Assembly: GCA_030141605.1 (NCBI GenBank)
Contig: JAQGDQ010000371.1
Coordinates: 124,001-188,000, forward strand
DNA length: 64,000 nt
From: Tubiluchus corallicola
Lineage: Eukaryota > Animalia > Priapulida
Reading direction: 5' to 3'
The stretch's first letter is position 1, and every line of letters starts with the position of its first letter. Both the position numbers and the translations under genes were made by a program. Below the pieces are notes generated by a model. That model was not told the DNA's origin. It ran no database searches and was given only the letters and a program-made list of their open reading frames with translations. Shown piece by piece: positions 40,497-53,063 of this stretch.

Positions 40497-41247
40497 GTAA
40501 GTAATACTGCTACATTACCTTTCTTTATATTACTTAAAAATTAATACGCATCACCCGAGGTTAATGCGTTTCTAAATTAGCCTGTTTTTTTCCCTGCACT
40601 TAAAATTGCATAAATTTTCCACTACGGCAAAAGTTCTCTAGATTGGATGGTAGTCAGTTTGCCCAAGTACACCCCCAATACGGTTTGTAAGGTGTGGTAG
40701 AATGAGCGCACAAACAGTGATTTTAAAAACCAAACTTGTGTAAAAATTCATCCCGTCTTCTGTTCGGTTAATTGTGTGTTTCACAAAATTCGTTTAATTG
40801 TGTGTCATCCCGTCATTAACAAACAATCTCGAAATTAAAGTTAGGAATAGTTGATTTTATATACATATTTTCAGCATTTTTTTAATTAGCTTTTCTTCCA
40901 GTAAATTTAGGTAGAGTTAATAAATCATCTCAGCTTGGCTTGGCACTTTGCAAGCTGTTTTTCGTGATGTTTGCAGAAGGGTTTGTTTGCTTAGTAACAC
41001 CTTGACTTCTGGTGAGCCCGCCACCCTTTTTGTGCAACTTTGGACATGGTGTTACCTCATCATGGACAAAATATCATGCTTTTCTTAAAGTATTGTGAGG
41101 TCAAAATGAGTTGATCATTACAAATTATAGTAAAAATTAAGCGAAAAAATTGCGCTGTTTAGTGGGAAGGCACTAGAGATGGTACAGTGGTTGGCAATTA
41201 GATATATTGTTTTGAAATTATATGTGATTTGATGTTATACATGTTAG

Positions 41248-41361
41248 ATAGCAATGACTGGAAGAGGACAACAGCAGTCGATGTAGGACGGCCAAAACTC
41301 GGCAAGTTAACTTCTTCTTGTTTGAATGGTGCAAGAGAACCTACTGCAATCTCACCGTTAG
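41248..41361 (+). CDS. BRCA2: BRCA2 coding exon (DSNDWKRT...PTAISPL)
   Basis: Open 114-nt segment with AG/GT boundaries, phase 1 to 1, compatible with the flanking exons; weak sequence conservation. Confidence 0.7.
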
Positions 41362-42269
41362 GTATCAGTCTATAGTTGACACTTATTGTAGATCATGTAA
41401 TAATTAATATCTCTAGCATTAGTTAACTCGGTTGCTTACTTTAAAACAAAAACCAAGTCTCTCCAATAAGGAATTTGAGCTTATTTTAATATTTGGGAGA
41501 AATGTTAGAACGTTTCAGCAACATAATTGTGTTAAGCATCTCGTGCAATTAGTAAAATCAATCTAAACTCGTGATTACTTTACGCTTGGGCACGTTCATT
41601 TTAGACAAAAAATGACATCATCCGGATTCCGTGCAATATAAACACTTATCCCGCCAGGTGCTTCAGAATCTTTTTTAACTTATAAAGCGAATTCTACAAA
41701 CTAAGTAACCAGCCCGGCACCTACTACGTGCTCGCAAGTTTACATGCGTATCTAAAAGTCAGCAAAAGTCTGTAAATTAATTATTTGCACAATTAATGTT
41801 AATTACTTACATTTTAGCGCGTAATCCTGTAGATTAAAGCAATGTAACGACTTAAAATTTCATCATAATTGATCGAATGATTAGTTTCTAGATAAACACA
41901 GTTAAAAAAACATTAGAATAACAGAATTTCCAAGCAAACTGTAGAAATTTTGCAACGCGTACCTTCATCACAGCTTGCCTTCACGACATTCAGACTGCCC
42001 TGCAGACACCAGATTACGTCATCTTTTTCAAATGTGCCGGCATCAATGTTCGTTTGCCGGGAGATAAGAAATATTTAAATTAAGCAAAGCATTCTATGTG
42101 CATATTTTGTATTGTAATTTCAATATTTTTAATTGTACATTAAAATGCAATAAATGTTGTTCGAGGGTCGGTTCTTCAATTAGCAACAAAGTTGCTGTAA
42201 AGTATTCATACTAATTGCATGCAACTATTTCAATAGTGTTTTAATGATTATACATGCTTTATGTTTTAG

Positions 42270-42997
42270 AGCTACTTAGCGATCGACATTTAAGATTAAG
42301 AAAACAATTGAGAGCAAAGCAGAGCAGTCCAATGAGTTTGCCCAGTCGTGAAGTCGCACTTTCACCACTCGATAAATGCAAACACAAACCGGAGAATCAG
42401 GAGTACATTACAATGACTTCTTCAAATAAATCATCTCATTCGCCACTGTCGCTTGATCTGAACACTAGACCAGAGTTCACTACTCCGTACAAAGGTGGTC
42501 ACGAAAAGGAAAATTACAAAGGTGGATCGCAAGCTGCCAGTAATAAAAAATCCAATGCTTTTGCTACACCTTACAAGCAGAGCTTTCAGCAGTCAGAGAA
42601 CAGGAGTTCCACTGATGTTACTAATCTGTGTCATCAGAACACAGCTGTTTGCCCACTTTTTAAAAAACGTTCAAAATGTTGTGAGCAGGAGCAGAAGAGT
42701 GTTCCTGACCAAGCTGATGCTGTCAGTACATCAACTGTACCCGATGAACCCAGAGAGGAAATGATTGTTAAAACGGGCGAACAGGCAGAACCTAATATTT
42801 TAGATTTGCAAACTGAGACAGTGAGAAGACGTCGTATAGTTGCTAGGCTAGAACAAGAGATGAGAGCATCTAACAAGAAGAAGACGAAGATTCGAAGTAA
42901 ACCTGGTTTGTGGATAAAATACAAACGTCGCAGTGACAGGCCGAGTCTAAACAAAGCACTTGGTCATCCCCTGCCGGGAGGATACTCTGCTAATTAT
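42270..42997 (+). CDS. BRCA2: BRCA2 coding exon (LLSDRHLR...RPEFTTP...ARLEQEMR...KPGLW), entering the helical domain
   Basis: Similar to human exon 14-15 motifs (DRRL, RPNFTAP, AR..Q.MRI, P.PGSL). Confidence 0.9.
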
Positions 42998-43130
42998 GTA
43001 AGAAATTTTGTGGTGTCAGTTATTATGATATTTATCTGATGTCAGTAACTGTTTTTTCTGTCACACTGATTAAGTGCTAGATGTCACATGTGCAAAAGTT
43101 GCTGAACATAATCAATATGTGATCAATTTT

Positions 43131-43450
43131 GACTGGGGGTATAGTTCTATGGTAGCGTACTCGTTTCCCGCCCCGAATGTCGATGGTTCAACCCCTGACC
43201 AAGTCATACCAAAGACTTAACGTCATGGTACCGTTGATTGTTCAACCGAGCACTTGTGTTTATCGCAGTAGCATGCGGGTAATAATGGAAATATCTACCT
43301 TGGAAATAAGTATTGGGCTACTTAAGGTGTTAACTCTGGACTGTGTCCTAAATGAAGTGCTAATATGTCATGCGTGCAAGCTTAGCCATGCAATCTGCAT
43401 TGCACATTGCATTTGTTAAATTTCATTTGACAGAAGGACAGTTCGCTTCG
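43131..43450 (+). mobile_element. Degenerate tRNA-derived SINE with a Meta-like core
   Basis: A-box-like TAGTTCTATGG, B-box-like GGTTCAACCC, then GTCATACCAAAGACTT shared with the 12574 element; different 3' part; right end approximate. Confidence 0.6.
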
Positions 43451-43719
43451 TATTCAGGTTATGGATAGTTCCAGTTGATCCCCAAAGGTCATTGGCCTAT
43501 TAATTGTGACGTTTCGTGGCTAAGATATCTTTACTTTTGCTTGCATTTGAATTTTTCAATACGCGGAATTCCGAGTTTTTGGAAGACCAGTAGTGCCATT
43601 TTTGTAAATCGCGTAAATTCGTTGAGAAAATTTTTACGGACCCAGTACATTATTTCACAAGCTGACCACTAGTTGGCAGGCCATCACTTTGTTTACATCT
43701 CGTACATCAGTGTAACCAC

Positions 43720-43750
<31 letters not shown>

Positions 43751-44038
43751 TACATAACCACAAAAATATAGAATCAATTGTGTGGAGTTATTTGAGTCAA
43801 TTGCAGACAGTTTTTATATACTTTTGCACAGGAGCGGCCAGTACTTAGGCGTTTTTGAGACAATTAGGTATCATGTATCCTTGATAGTTGGATATTTTGA
43901 ACAAGGTAACTGATATTTTAAGTCCACTTAGAGGTTCTGTATGGCCTACGCAGCCCCCAAACCCCCGGCCTGTTTCAGAGTTTTTTGCAATTTGTCATTC
44001 TCATCCCTGCTTATTTTGCTTGTTTAATTCTTTTCCAG

Positions 44039-44220
44039 TTGCTCACAATGGGCGTGAATTCTTCTACAATGTTTGTTTCTCCTGCAGACAATTATAGATT
44101 TGATTGTCGTGAACATTATAGCAGGAAACTGTGTGAAACTGAAGTAGGTGCCAGAGTGGGCGATGGTGCCATGTTGGTCTTTGCTGATGACTGTACAGTA
44201 GGCACTGAAGAATTTACAAG
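44039..44220 (+). CDS. BRCA2: BRCA2 helical-domain exon (LLTMGV...GDGAMLVFADDCTVGTEEFTR)
   Basis: Matches human LYTYGV...[22 protein letters not shown]. Confidence 0.93.
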
Positions 44221-44425
44221 GTTGTTATTTTACCGTATTTTTACTTTAACAGTTACCAGCATTTAACAAACATAATTGCAATTATGAATAGTATTTGTAA
44301 AACGATTTTTTAAGTAAAACAAATTGTTATTGTATTGACCTAAGTGTTTATTAGAGTTCTGTAGATCTGCATATATTAATTCTACTGGTATATATATATA
44401 TATATTATATATATATATATATATA

Positions 44426-44850
44426 AGATTCGAGGCTACAGCTTCGACGACGGCACCATTTGCGACGATCTATACATCGAATGAAAGGTCTCGATCTAGT
44501 GTCGTGCCATTGGGGGCTTATATTTCGAATCGGGCCCACCGCGATGAATGGCCATTTTTCGGCTGTTTTTTGCAAAAGTTATACGTCTGAGATCTGAAGA
44601 ACGGGAACGGGCCGTGGGTGGTGCTGGCAACGGATAGATGGCCCGTTCAGCGGTGGGTATCATAGGCATATTTAGAATTTGTGAGAGGGCCACGGCGTCC
44701 TGTAACGGGCGTTTTCCCGGACCCAACTCACGATTTTTTCGAAATTTTGGTCAAACAGCCTGCAGAAAAAACGCTCTAGCGGCGCCTGGTGGGACTCTCG
44801 GAAGGAGATATATAGCTCCTTAGAAAGAGAAAATATTCAGAAAAGGTAGC
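44426..44850. mobile_element. GC-rich repeat insertion after (TA)n, possibly a non-autonomous Helitron fragment
   Basis: Abrupt rise in GC and CpG after a (TA)n run; no TIR or TSD identified; class is a guess. Confidence 0.35.
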
Positions 44851-44988
44851 TAATTGACAGCCTAGAATTGGTAGTAAGGGCGTTTGCTGTTAGTTCATTC
44901 ATTATGCAAGTTTGCTGCTGATTTGCTATTACGTTTTTTCTAAAGTTATCAAAGTTTGAAACTTGCTAAATATTTAATCGATATTTAG

Positions 44989-45117
44989 AGCATTTCTGGA
45001 TCTTGAAGGAGTAGAGCCTAGACTAATTTCACCTGACTGGATATCCAATCACTACCGGTTCATTGTCTGGAAATTAGCGGCACTGGAGAAATCTTTTCCA
45101 AATACATTTGCTGGAAG
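44989..45117 (+). CDS. BRCA2: BRCA2 helical-domain exon (AFLDLEGVEPRLISPDWISNHYRFIVWKLAALEKSFP)
   Basis: Hallmark W..NHYR.IVWKLAA.E..FP motif (exon absent from the ORF track). Confidence 0.97.
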
Positions 45118-45455
45118 GTTAGCTATTTAATTCATTTGAGTAACATTTCTTGTAAACTTCTGGTTTCTGTGAAATGATATTGTTTTAACTTTACTGACGT
45201 AATTCGGTAAATAAAATAATGATTTTCGAGCTCTGCATTAGACCGAAATACTCGTTAATACGTTGGGAGAATTGGCTTGAATGACATTGTGTTCCAGTTT
45301 TCTTAGATGCCAGAGCGGTTAAACAAAAAAAACGCAAAGCACAATGACAATGTCAAATTTGACACCAATCCACTCATTTCTGTAGCCAAATGGAAACTGT
45401 TAATTTCCTTGAAACAATAACACTTGAGTGTCCATTGATTTTTGTTTCTTTTTAG

Positions 45456-45527
45456 TTGCCTAACACCAGAAATGGTAATGCTACAACTCAAGTATAGATA
45501 TGACATTGAGATAGACCAAGCCAAAAG
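45456..45527 (+). CDS. BRCA2: BRCA2 exon (CLTPEMVMLQLKYRYDIEIDQAK)
   Basis: Hallmark QLKYRYD.EID motif. Confidence 0.97.
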
Positions 45528-45706
45528 GTAACAAAACTGTCTATAATTACAATTAACTATAAGCCATTGCTTGCTGAAATGCTGAAAAACTTTACATTTT
45601 CATTCATTTTACTTTTACCGTAGTTGTCGTTACTAGTGTAGTAACGTCTGTCTTTCATTGTATTCTTTCTTTCTGCTCAGATTTATTCCTTCTTTTTTGA
45701 TTGCAG

Positions 45707-45959
45707 ACCGGCTTTACGTAAAATCACGGAACGTGACGATGTTCCAGGAAAAACGATGGTCTTATGTGTGAGCAAAATTGCACCTGAACAAAGTCCCACA
45801 CCGGTTATTGAAGTTACGGACGGTTGGTATGGAATCAGGTGCCAGTTGGATGTGCGTCTTGGCAAACTGTTGCAAGTTGGTAAAATCCGCTTGGGAGATA
45901 AGTTGTGTGTCCACGGAGCCGAGTTGTCTGGACCTCCAGATGGTTGCCACCCATTAGAA
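45707..45959 (+). CDS. BRCA2: BRCA2 OB1 exon (RPALRKITERDD...MVLCVS...IEVTDGWY...GDKL.VHGAEL...PLE)
   Basis: Hallmark OB1 motifs. Confidence 0.97.
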
Positions 45960-46310
45960 GTACGTTTACTTTATACATTTCTTTGACTTTTTTCCCTGTC
46001 GGCAAATTCTTGGAACCGGTTATTGTTAAACTGGCAAGTTGTCGAAGGGTGCTAGAAATGAGAGGAATAAATGAATTTTCCTGGGATACTGAGTCTAAAT
46101 TAAAAAAGTTTGGCGGCTAACTTTGTTAAAACAAATAAAACAAATGTAATTGTGCAGACTTTTTCAAATTGATTTACTAAAATGGATTCAGCCTTTAATA
46201 CTTTTGTAATCTTTGTCAATAAATGCTAAAGCATGCTTTGCACGATGCACCATGCGAACTTGTTTCTTTGTTTATTGTTAAATTATTGTTAAACTAACAG
46301 AAACCATAAC

Positions 46311-47120
46311 AATCAATTTGTTAAGTGGGTTAAGGTGTTAGGGTGAATTCAAGATTGCATAATCAATTTGTTAAGTAGGATAAGGTGTTAGGGTGAATTC
46401 ACGATTGTATAATCAATTTGTTAAGTGGGTTAAGGTGTTAGGGTGAATTCACGATTGTATAATCAATTTGTTAAGTGGGTTAAGGTGTTAGGGTGAATTC
46501 AAGATTGCATAATCAATTTGTTAAGTGGGTTAAGGTGTTAGGGTGAATTCACGATTGTATAATCAATTTGTTGAGCGGGTTAAGGTGTTAGGGTGAATTC
46601 ACGATTGTATAATCAATTTGTTAAGTAGGTTAAGGTGTTAGGGTGAATTCACGATTGCATAATCAATTTGTTAAGTGGGTTAACGTGTTAGGGTGAATTC
46701 ACGATTGTATAATCAATTTGTTAAGTAGGTTAAGGTGTTAGGGTGAATTCAAGATTGTATAATCAATTTGTTAAGTGGGTTAAGGTGTTAGGGTGAATTC
46801 AAGATTGCATAATCAATTTGTTAAGTAGGATAAGGTGTTAGGGTGAATTCATGATTGTATAATCAATTTGTTAAGTGGGTTAAGGTGTTAGGGTGAATTC
46901 ACGATTGTATAATCAATTTGTTAAGTGGGTTAAGGTGTTAGGGTGAATTCAAGATTGCATAATCAATTTGTTAAGTAGGATAAGGTGTTAGGGTGAATTC
47001 ACGATTGTATAATCAATTTGTTAAGTGGGTTAAGGTGTTAGGGTGAATTCAAGATTGCATAATCAATTTGTTAAGTAGGTTAAGGTGTTAGGGTGAATTC
47101 ACGATTGCATAATCAATTTG
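46311..47120. repeat. 50-bp tandem minisatellite, about 16 copies
   Basis: Unit AATCAATTTGTTAAGTGGGTTAAGGTGTTAGGGTGAATTCACGATTGTAT. Confidence 0.97.
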
Positions 47121-47345
47121 TAAATATGGCTCATGGCTGGCATCATATATTTTTGATGCAGAAGTCACGTATTTTCAATATATTTTTAGCCGCATCTGTA
47201 AGATACTTTTCTTTCTGCATAGATACTCTTATGTAGTGGTTTGATAACTTTGTCAGGTCAAAAGACAGCTCGATTTGCACATTTTTCAAAGCACTAGTGC
47301 TCTGAGTTCCATCAGTCTAATTTAATTTTTTTATTTTTTAAACAG

Positions 47346-47525
47346 GCTCCGCCAGATTTGTTTTTAAAGTTGTCCGCGAATTCTACTAGAAGAGCCAAAT
47401 GGTTCGCAAGGCTCGGTTTTCTTAGAGATCCGAAACCGTTTGTTGTTCCTTTGTCTTCTCTTTATCCTGATGGAGGCTTAGTCAGCTGCGTTGATGCTGT
47501 TGTATTACGCGTCTACCCTTTCCAG
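47346..47525 (+). CDS. BRCA2: BRCA2 OB1/OB2 exon (LKLSANSTRRAKWFARLGF...LSSLYPDGGLVSCVD.VVLRVYPFQ)
   Basis: Hallmark ANSTR.A.W...LGF and DGG.V..VD....R.YP motifs. Confidence 0.97.
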
Positions 47526-47639
47526 GTATGTTTGCTTGTGTTGACGTATATTGTAAAATTCAGTCTCCCAAAACGTGATCTACAGATCAGGATCATAGAA
47601 GATGACAAAACAGTTTGTGACCGAAGTACATTTTATATA

Positions 47640-49290
47640 TGATCATTTTTTCTGCTACCCTGCAGTCTCTTTTGGACAGGCCTGTATCTTGTGTTCTGAA
47701 CTTATCTTGTTATAAGTTCCATAGCTACTGTCACAGTTACTACGGAAGTCAAACCTGGAAATTCGATAGTAAAATTTCTAAATTAAGTACAGCTTGGAAT
47801 GTTGCAGTAAGAAAACTTTGGAATTTGTCGTTTACATCACACAGATACTGTTTTACTTTTATATGCGATATTGTTTCCCTAGTTAAACAACTACAAAAAC
47901 GATTTGTCAGATTTTACCATAGTTGCTTATATAGTGAATATCGTATAGCCAATTTCATGCATCTTCTGTAATTGGTTATAATTTGTATCTATTTGCAACG
48001 AGTGCAAAACTTTTTACACAAATGAAAATTTTCTTTCTAAAGTTTTTTCTTGTACATTAGATGTAAAAGGTAATGCTAGCGATAAACAAATACCGACTGT
48101 AAATTTCATTAAAGAATCATTAAAGAAGTTATGTGGGCTCTAGAACGTAATTTGTAGCACGTATTACCGCATTGGTAGTGTATCATTACCACGTATTACC
48201 TCGTTGGTAGTATATTATTACCATGTTAGTAGTGTATTATTACCACGTATTACCTCATTGGTAGTGTATTATTACCACGTATTACAACATTGGTAGTATA
48301 TTATTACCATGTTAGTGGTGTATTATTACCACGTATTACCAAAACGTTGGTACTGTATTATTACCACGTATTACCACGTTGGTAGTGTATTATTACCACG
48401 TATTGCCACGTTGGTAGTGTATTATTACCACGTATTACCACGTTGGTAGTATATTATTACCATGTTAGTAGTGTATTATTACCACGTATTACCACGTTAG
48501 TAGTGTATTATTCCCACATATTACCACATTGGTAGTTTATTATTACCACGTATTGCCACATTGGTAGTGTATTATTACCACGTATTACCACATTGGTAGT
48601 TTATTATTACCATGTATTACCACATTGGTAGTGTATTATTACCACGTATTACCACATTGGTAGTTTATTATTACCACGTATTACCACATTGGTAGTGTAT
48701 TATTCCCACATATTACCACATTGGTAGTTTATTATTACCACGTATTACCACATTGGTAGTGTATTATTACCACGTATTACCACATTGGTAGTTTATTATT
48801 ACCACGTATTACCACATTGGTAGTGTATTATTACCACGTATTACCACATTGGTAGTGTATTATTACCACGTATTACCACATTGGTAGTTTATTATTACCA
48901 CGTATTACCACATTGGTAGTGTATTATTACCACGTATTACCACATTGGTAGTTTATTATTACCACGTATTACCACATTAGTAGTGTATTATTACCACGTA
49001 TTACCACATTAGTAGTGTATTATTACCACGTATTACCACATTAGTAGTGTATTATTACCACGTATTACCACATTGGTAGTGTATTATTACCACGTAGAAC
49101 GTAACTCTAGAACGTTTTGATTTTTTTGACAGGAATGAGTTGTACACCATACTAACATATCTTACTCTCACGTAGTTGTAAATATTCACATTGCTTGCTA
49201 TCTCGTTAATTAATGTTACTTTGCTTGTTGATCTGCTTGTTTATTTGAAGTGATTGTACACGAGTATGAATAAAAATGATAAATATATAT
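47640..49290 (+). mobile_element. Decayed LINE (RTE-X-like) 3' end interrupted by a 32-bp satellite
   Basis: Peptide SYCHSYYGSQTW......LSTAWNVAVRKLWNL..TSHR is typical of ORF2 C-termini (recalled); the 3' tail at ~49200-49290 also occurs inverted at ~2340-2403 and ~4270-4400. Confidence 0.6.
48160..49095. repeat. 32-bp tandem minisatellite, about 29 copies
   Basis: Unit GTATTATTACCACGTATTACCACATTGGTAGT, with some shortened units. Confidence 0.96.
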
Positions 49291-49462
49291 AAAGTCCATT
49301 TCACACTGTGTATATACGAGCAGTTTCTTTTACTCACTCACAAGCAATATCAAATAATTGTTCTTGCCTTTAGCCTCCTTTGACCACTCCTTATTTCTGA
49401 TTCATGCAGTGCAAATTTTATGATGTCTGTAAAGTTGCTTGTGATGTTTTTGTGCTTTCTAG

Positions 49463-49616
49463 TACTTGGAAAAATATGCAGATGGCAGCAGCGTGTTTCT
49501 TAGTGAAAGAGCAGAGCAGAGAGCTGCGGCTGCATATTCTCAGCAGAAACAGAAGAGAGTAGAACGACTCTATGCAGAGATTGAACGGAAATTTTCAGAA
49601 AATAGCTCGCAAGGTG
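49463..49616 (+). CDS. BRCA2: BRCA2 tower-domain exon (YLEKYADGSSVFLSERAEQRAAAAY...)
   Basis: Matches human [31 protein letters not shown] donor. Confidence 0.93.
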
Positions 49617-50404
49617 GTGAGTTTAGTTACTGGTCTAAAGTGATTGTAAGAGTGACTTCACTAATTAAATGAAGAATAATTTGACGCCATCTTGATAACT
49701 CGGTTTTTCCACTGGTCCAAGTTTGGTATGTTATCAAGCACATCTTGAATCCGATAAAATGCGATAAAAAATCCTTGAAAAACGTTTCGTGGCAATTTTT
49801 TGTGGCAAGGTGATTTCTTCATGTATGCAGCTGCTATAGAGGCATTTGTAAGGCTCACATCTACGAGCTGCCCAGTTTCTCTTTTTCCAAAGAGCAACAA
49901 CATTTTACTCCAAGACCCCCTCCACCAAGCACCTTTAGTACATTTTTCTTACACGTGTTCCTCTAGGAATGGTGAATGCAATACTTCCAAAATGGTCATT
50001 TTTTGTCATTGCTGTAACACCCTGTAGAAAAAACATCCTAGTAGTGTTTGTGAGGGTTTTGGTAAAATGAGAAACCTGGCTATACGGCGATGTGTGGTTC
50101 CTTTTTACAAATGCCTTTACAAGGATGAGGCATTGCAAGTTAATTATGGAGAACGTTTTTACTGGACAACCCTGTATTTCTGTCCACCATAACACCTAGT
50201 GTTTTATTACTTATTTAGTAGTCTAATAGTTCTGGTGTTAAAATTGTAATTAAAAACCCTTAAAAATAGGCAGTCGCGGCTTTTCATGTTCATGTTCTAA
50301 TGTGTATCCTTCCAAAAATTAAGAAGAATTTGCGTGTTCATTCCAATACTGTAACTTTATAGACTTGCGCATTTTTGCCATCTCGGCACTGTACAATTAA
50401 CTTG

Positions 50405-51643
50405 CAGAGGTGGCTTCAGAAACGCAAAATCTCGTTTTTTATTATTTCGTTGAATTTTTCTTACTTTTGTTTGAATTCATATGGTATTTGATATCTTATA
50501 ATAATCTAAGTATGTGTTGCATACTTAAGTATCCACCTTAGGGGTTTGCCATCAATGTAAAGGTGGCTAAAGCTTATTCTAGTTAATAATGTTAAACAAA
50601 GTTCTTAGGTTGTCTTACTTTAAACATCACTAATATGAGAAATTGTTCAAAAATGTAAACTGTCCTGGCTATAGGGACAAAATATCGGAAATTTATATGA
50701 AAAAGGCCTGGTGAGGAAAGTTGACCATATTAACAGTAAAAAGAGTTATCTGGAACATTGTAATCAAAAATTCTTTCCAAAACAGGGTGTTCAGGGTATA
50801 TCATAGCTAGGCTTTGTACGGCAGTTTTGATAATTGCTACTGTAGTCTATGAATTTAGGCTGTATCAGACCTGGTCAGTTAATGGATGAGTGATTTCGTT
50901 TGCAATACTGGTTCTCACTGTATTTTGTGTTGAGAGGAGATGTATAAATATGACCAGACATAGCTGGACAGTTCTCTGACCTCTTTAGCATTTCAATCTA
51001 AAGGATTATTCTCATCAGTAAACTAGCTTTCATAAACTTTCAGTAATTCAATGTTAATTGTAGGCCTTGTTGTTAATAGTTGTATTTTTGGTGACCATGT
51101 GTCATACTGTTTTATAAAAATTGACAAAGTCAAAGGTATTTCATACTATTTCGAGCAACATAACAGTGAATATTGAAAAGTCTGAAGAACTTGTTTCATC
51201 TCTTAGTAGAGACATCCTAGGAATAGATACGTGCCGCACAAAGGCTAACTATGATATACCCTGAACACCCTGTTTTGGAAAGAATTTTTGATTACAATAT
51301 TCCAGACAATTCTTTTTATTATTAATATGGTCAACTTTCCTCACCAGACTTTTTTCACATAAATTTCCCCGTATTTTGTCCCTATAGCCAGGACAGTTTT
51401 CATTTTTGAACAATTTCTCATATTCGTGATGTTTAAAGTAAGACAAGCTAAGAACTTTGTTTAACATCATTAACTAGAATAAACTTTAGCTATCTTTACA
51501 TTGATGGCAAACCCCTAAGGTGGATACTTAAGTACGCAACACATATTTAGATTATTATAAGATATCATATGAATTCAAACAAAAGTAAGAAAAATTCAAC
51601 GAAATAATAAAAACGAGATTTTGTGTTTCTGAAGCCATCTCTG
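50405..51643. mobile_element. Foldback/long-inverted-repeat element: arms 50405-50823 and 51232-51643
   Basis: The two ~415-bp arms are reverse complements with scattered mismatches; termini CAGAGGTGGCTTCAG / CTGAAGCCATCTCTG. Confidence 0.88.
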
Positions 51644-52000
51644 GGATGGCTTCAGTATTAGAAAAATTTTGCAGCATACTATTTGTTTATTAAACTAAAA
51701 CACCTTTACAATTACATAGTAAGATATACTACATACAATTATACAAACTGAAAACAAAAATTACTACAATTACTTGTCAAGTAAGCAGACAATTATTAGT
51801 GAAAAAATGATGTAACTGCTTGCAGCTGAGATAAAAGCTGAAACTTGGGAAGCCCAGCTGCAATACATGGTGTGTTCTTAGGTGTTAGGGGCAGGATAAA
51901 AGAGATGCCCAATGAAAAGAACTATTACTATGAACTATGAATTTATTTTCACACATCAAAATACAATATCAAACGCATTAATAAAGTTTAAATAAAATAA

Positions 52001-52272
52001 TTTGAGTAGTGCGTGGTGAGTGTACGACCATACGATCATTAACGCACTCACCTTGCTTAAATGAAAAAATGATTATAGTTATGCATGCTTCTGTAGATAA
52101 CTTAATGTAAATAAGGATGAAGTAAATAATGTAATAATTTGAGTAGTGCGATGTGAGTGTACGACCATACGGTCATTAACATACTCACCTTGCTTAAATG
52201 AAAAAATGATTATAGTTATGCATGCTTCTGTAGATAACTCAATGTAAATAAGGATGAAGTAAATGATGTAAT
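52001..52272. repeat. 137-bp tandem duplication
   Basis: TTTGAGTAGTGCG...AAATAATGTAAT repeated at 52001 and 52138. Confidence 0.9.
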
Positions 52273-52452
52273 AATGACGACATGAAGGTATTATTAGGGT
52301 GTAAGTAAGTAATGTAAGTAGAATAGAACAAAAAAAAGCTAAAAATTATTTAAAAAAATTAAAAAAAAGGTATTGTAGCTAAAATACAGTAAAGCAAAGG
52401 TTTCTTAGGTTTTGTTAGACATTAACCTGCTTAGTCGTTTTTCAATATGCAG

Positions 52453-52568
52453 GTGATATAGTGAGCAAAGGCAGAAAAGCTTTTACCAAAACTGATGTTC
52501 AACAATTGCAAGGCGGGGATGAAATCTACGAGGCACTGAAAAGCTCGGCTGATCCGGAATTTGTCGAG
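52453..52568 (+). CDS. BRCA2: BRCA2 tower/three-helix-bundle exon (FTKTDVQQLQGGDEIYEALKSSADPEFVE)
   Basis: Matches human [29 protein letters not shown]. Confidence 0.93.
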
Positions 52569-53063
52569 GTTTGTAAATGTAATTAGTTTACGCGTATGTT
52601 CCAATCTACGAGGCACTGAAAAGCTCGGCTGATCCGGAATTTGTCGAGGTTTGTAAATGTAATGAGTTTGCGCGTATGTTCAACTGCTGAGTGTAAAAGA
52701 AATTCTGCAATCATATCAAAATTCATTGTTTCGATAGTAACGCAGGTTCTGTAATGATGGGACTGTATTCTTGTATTGAATTTTGTGTAGAATTTAGTAC
52801 CTACTGAAGTTTGATGCTTTCTTCAGAGTATTGTAATCTGCTTAACACCATTGTTATATTTAGATAGTGCTACGGTGCTGTGAATTTCATTACCCAATCA
52901 TGGCGCTCATTCTTACTTTATGGTAAATTTTGCGTACACGTGAAATTTGTGTCTGTACTTCATAACTGATGGTTAGACAATCTCCATGTACAATCTTGTT
53001 GAGATTCCGCGCCACTTATGCCTTCGAAAACACATAGATTCCATTGTTAATAAGTTACACTGT

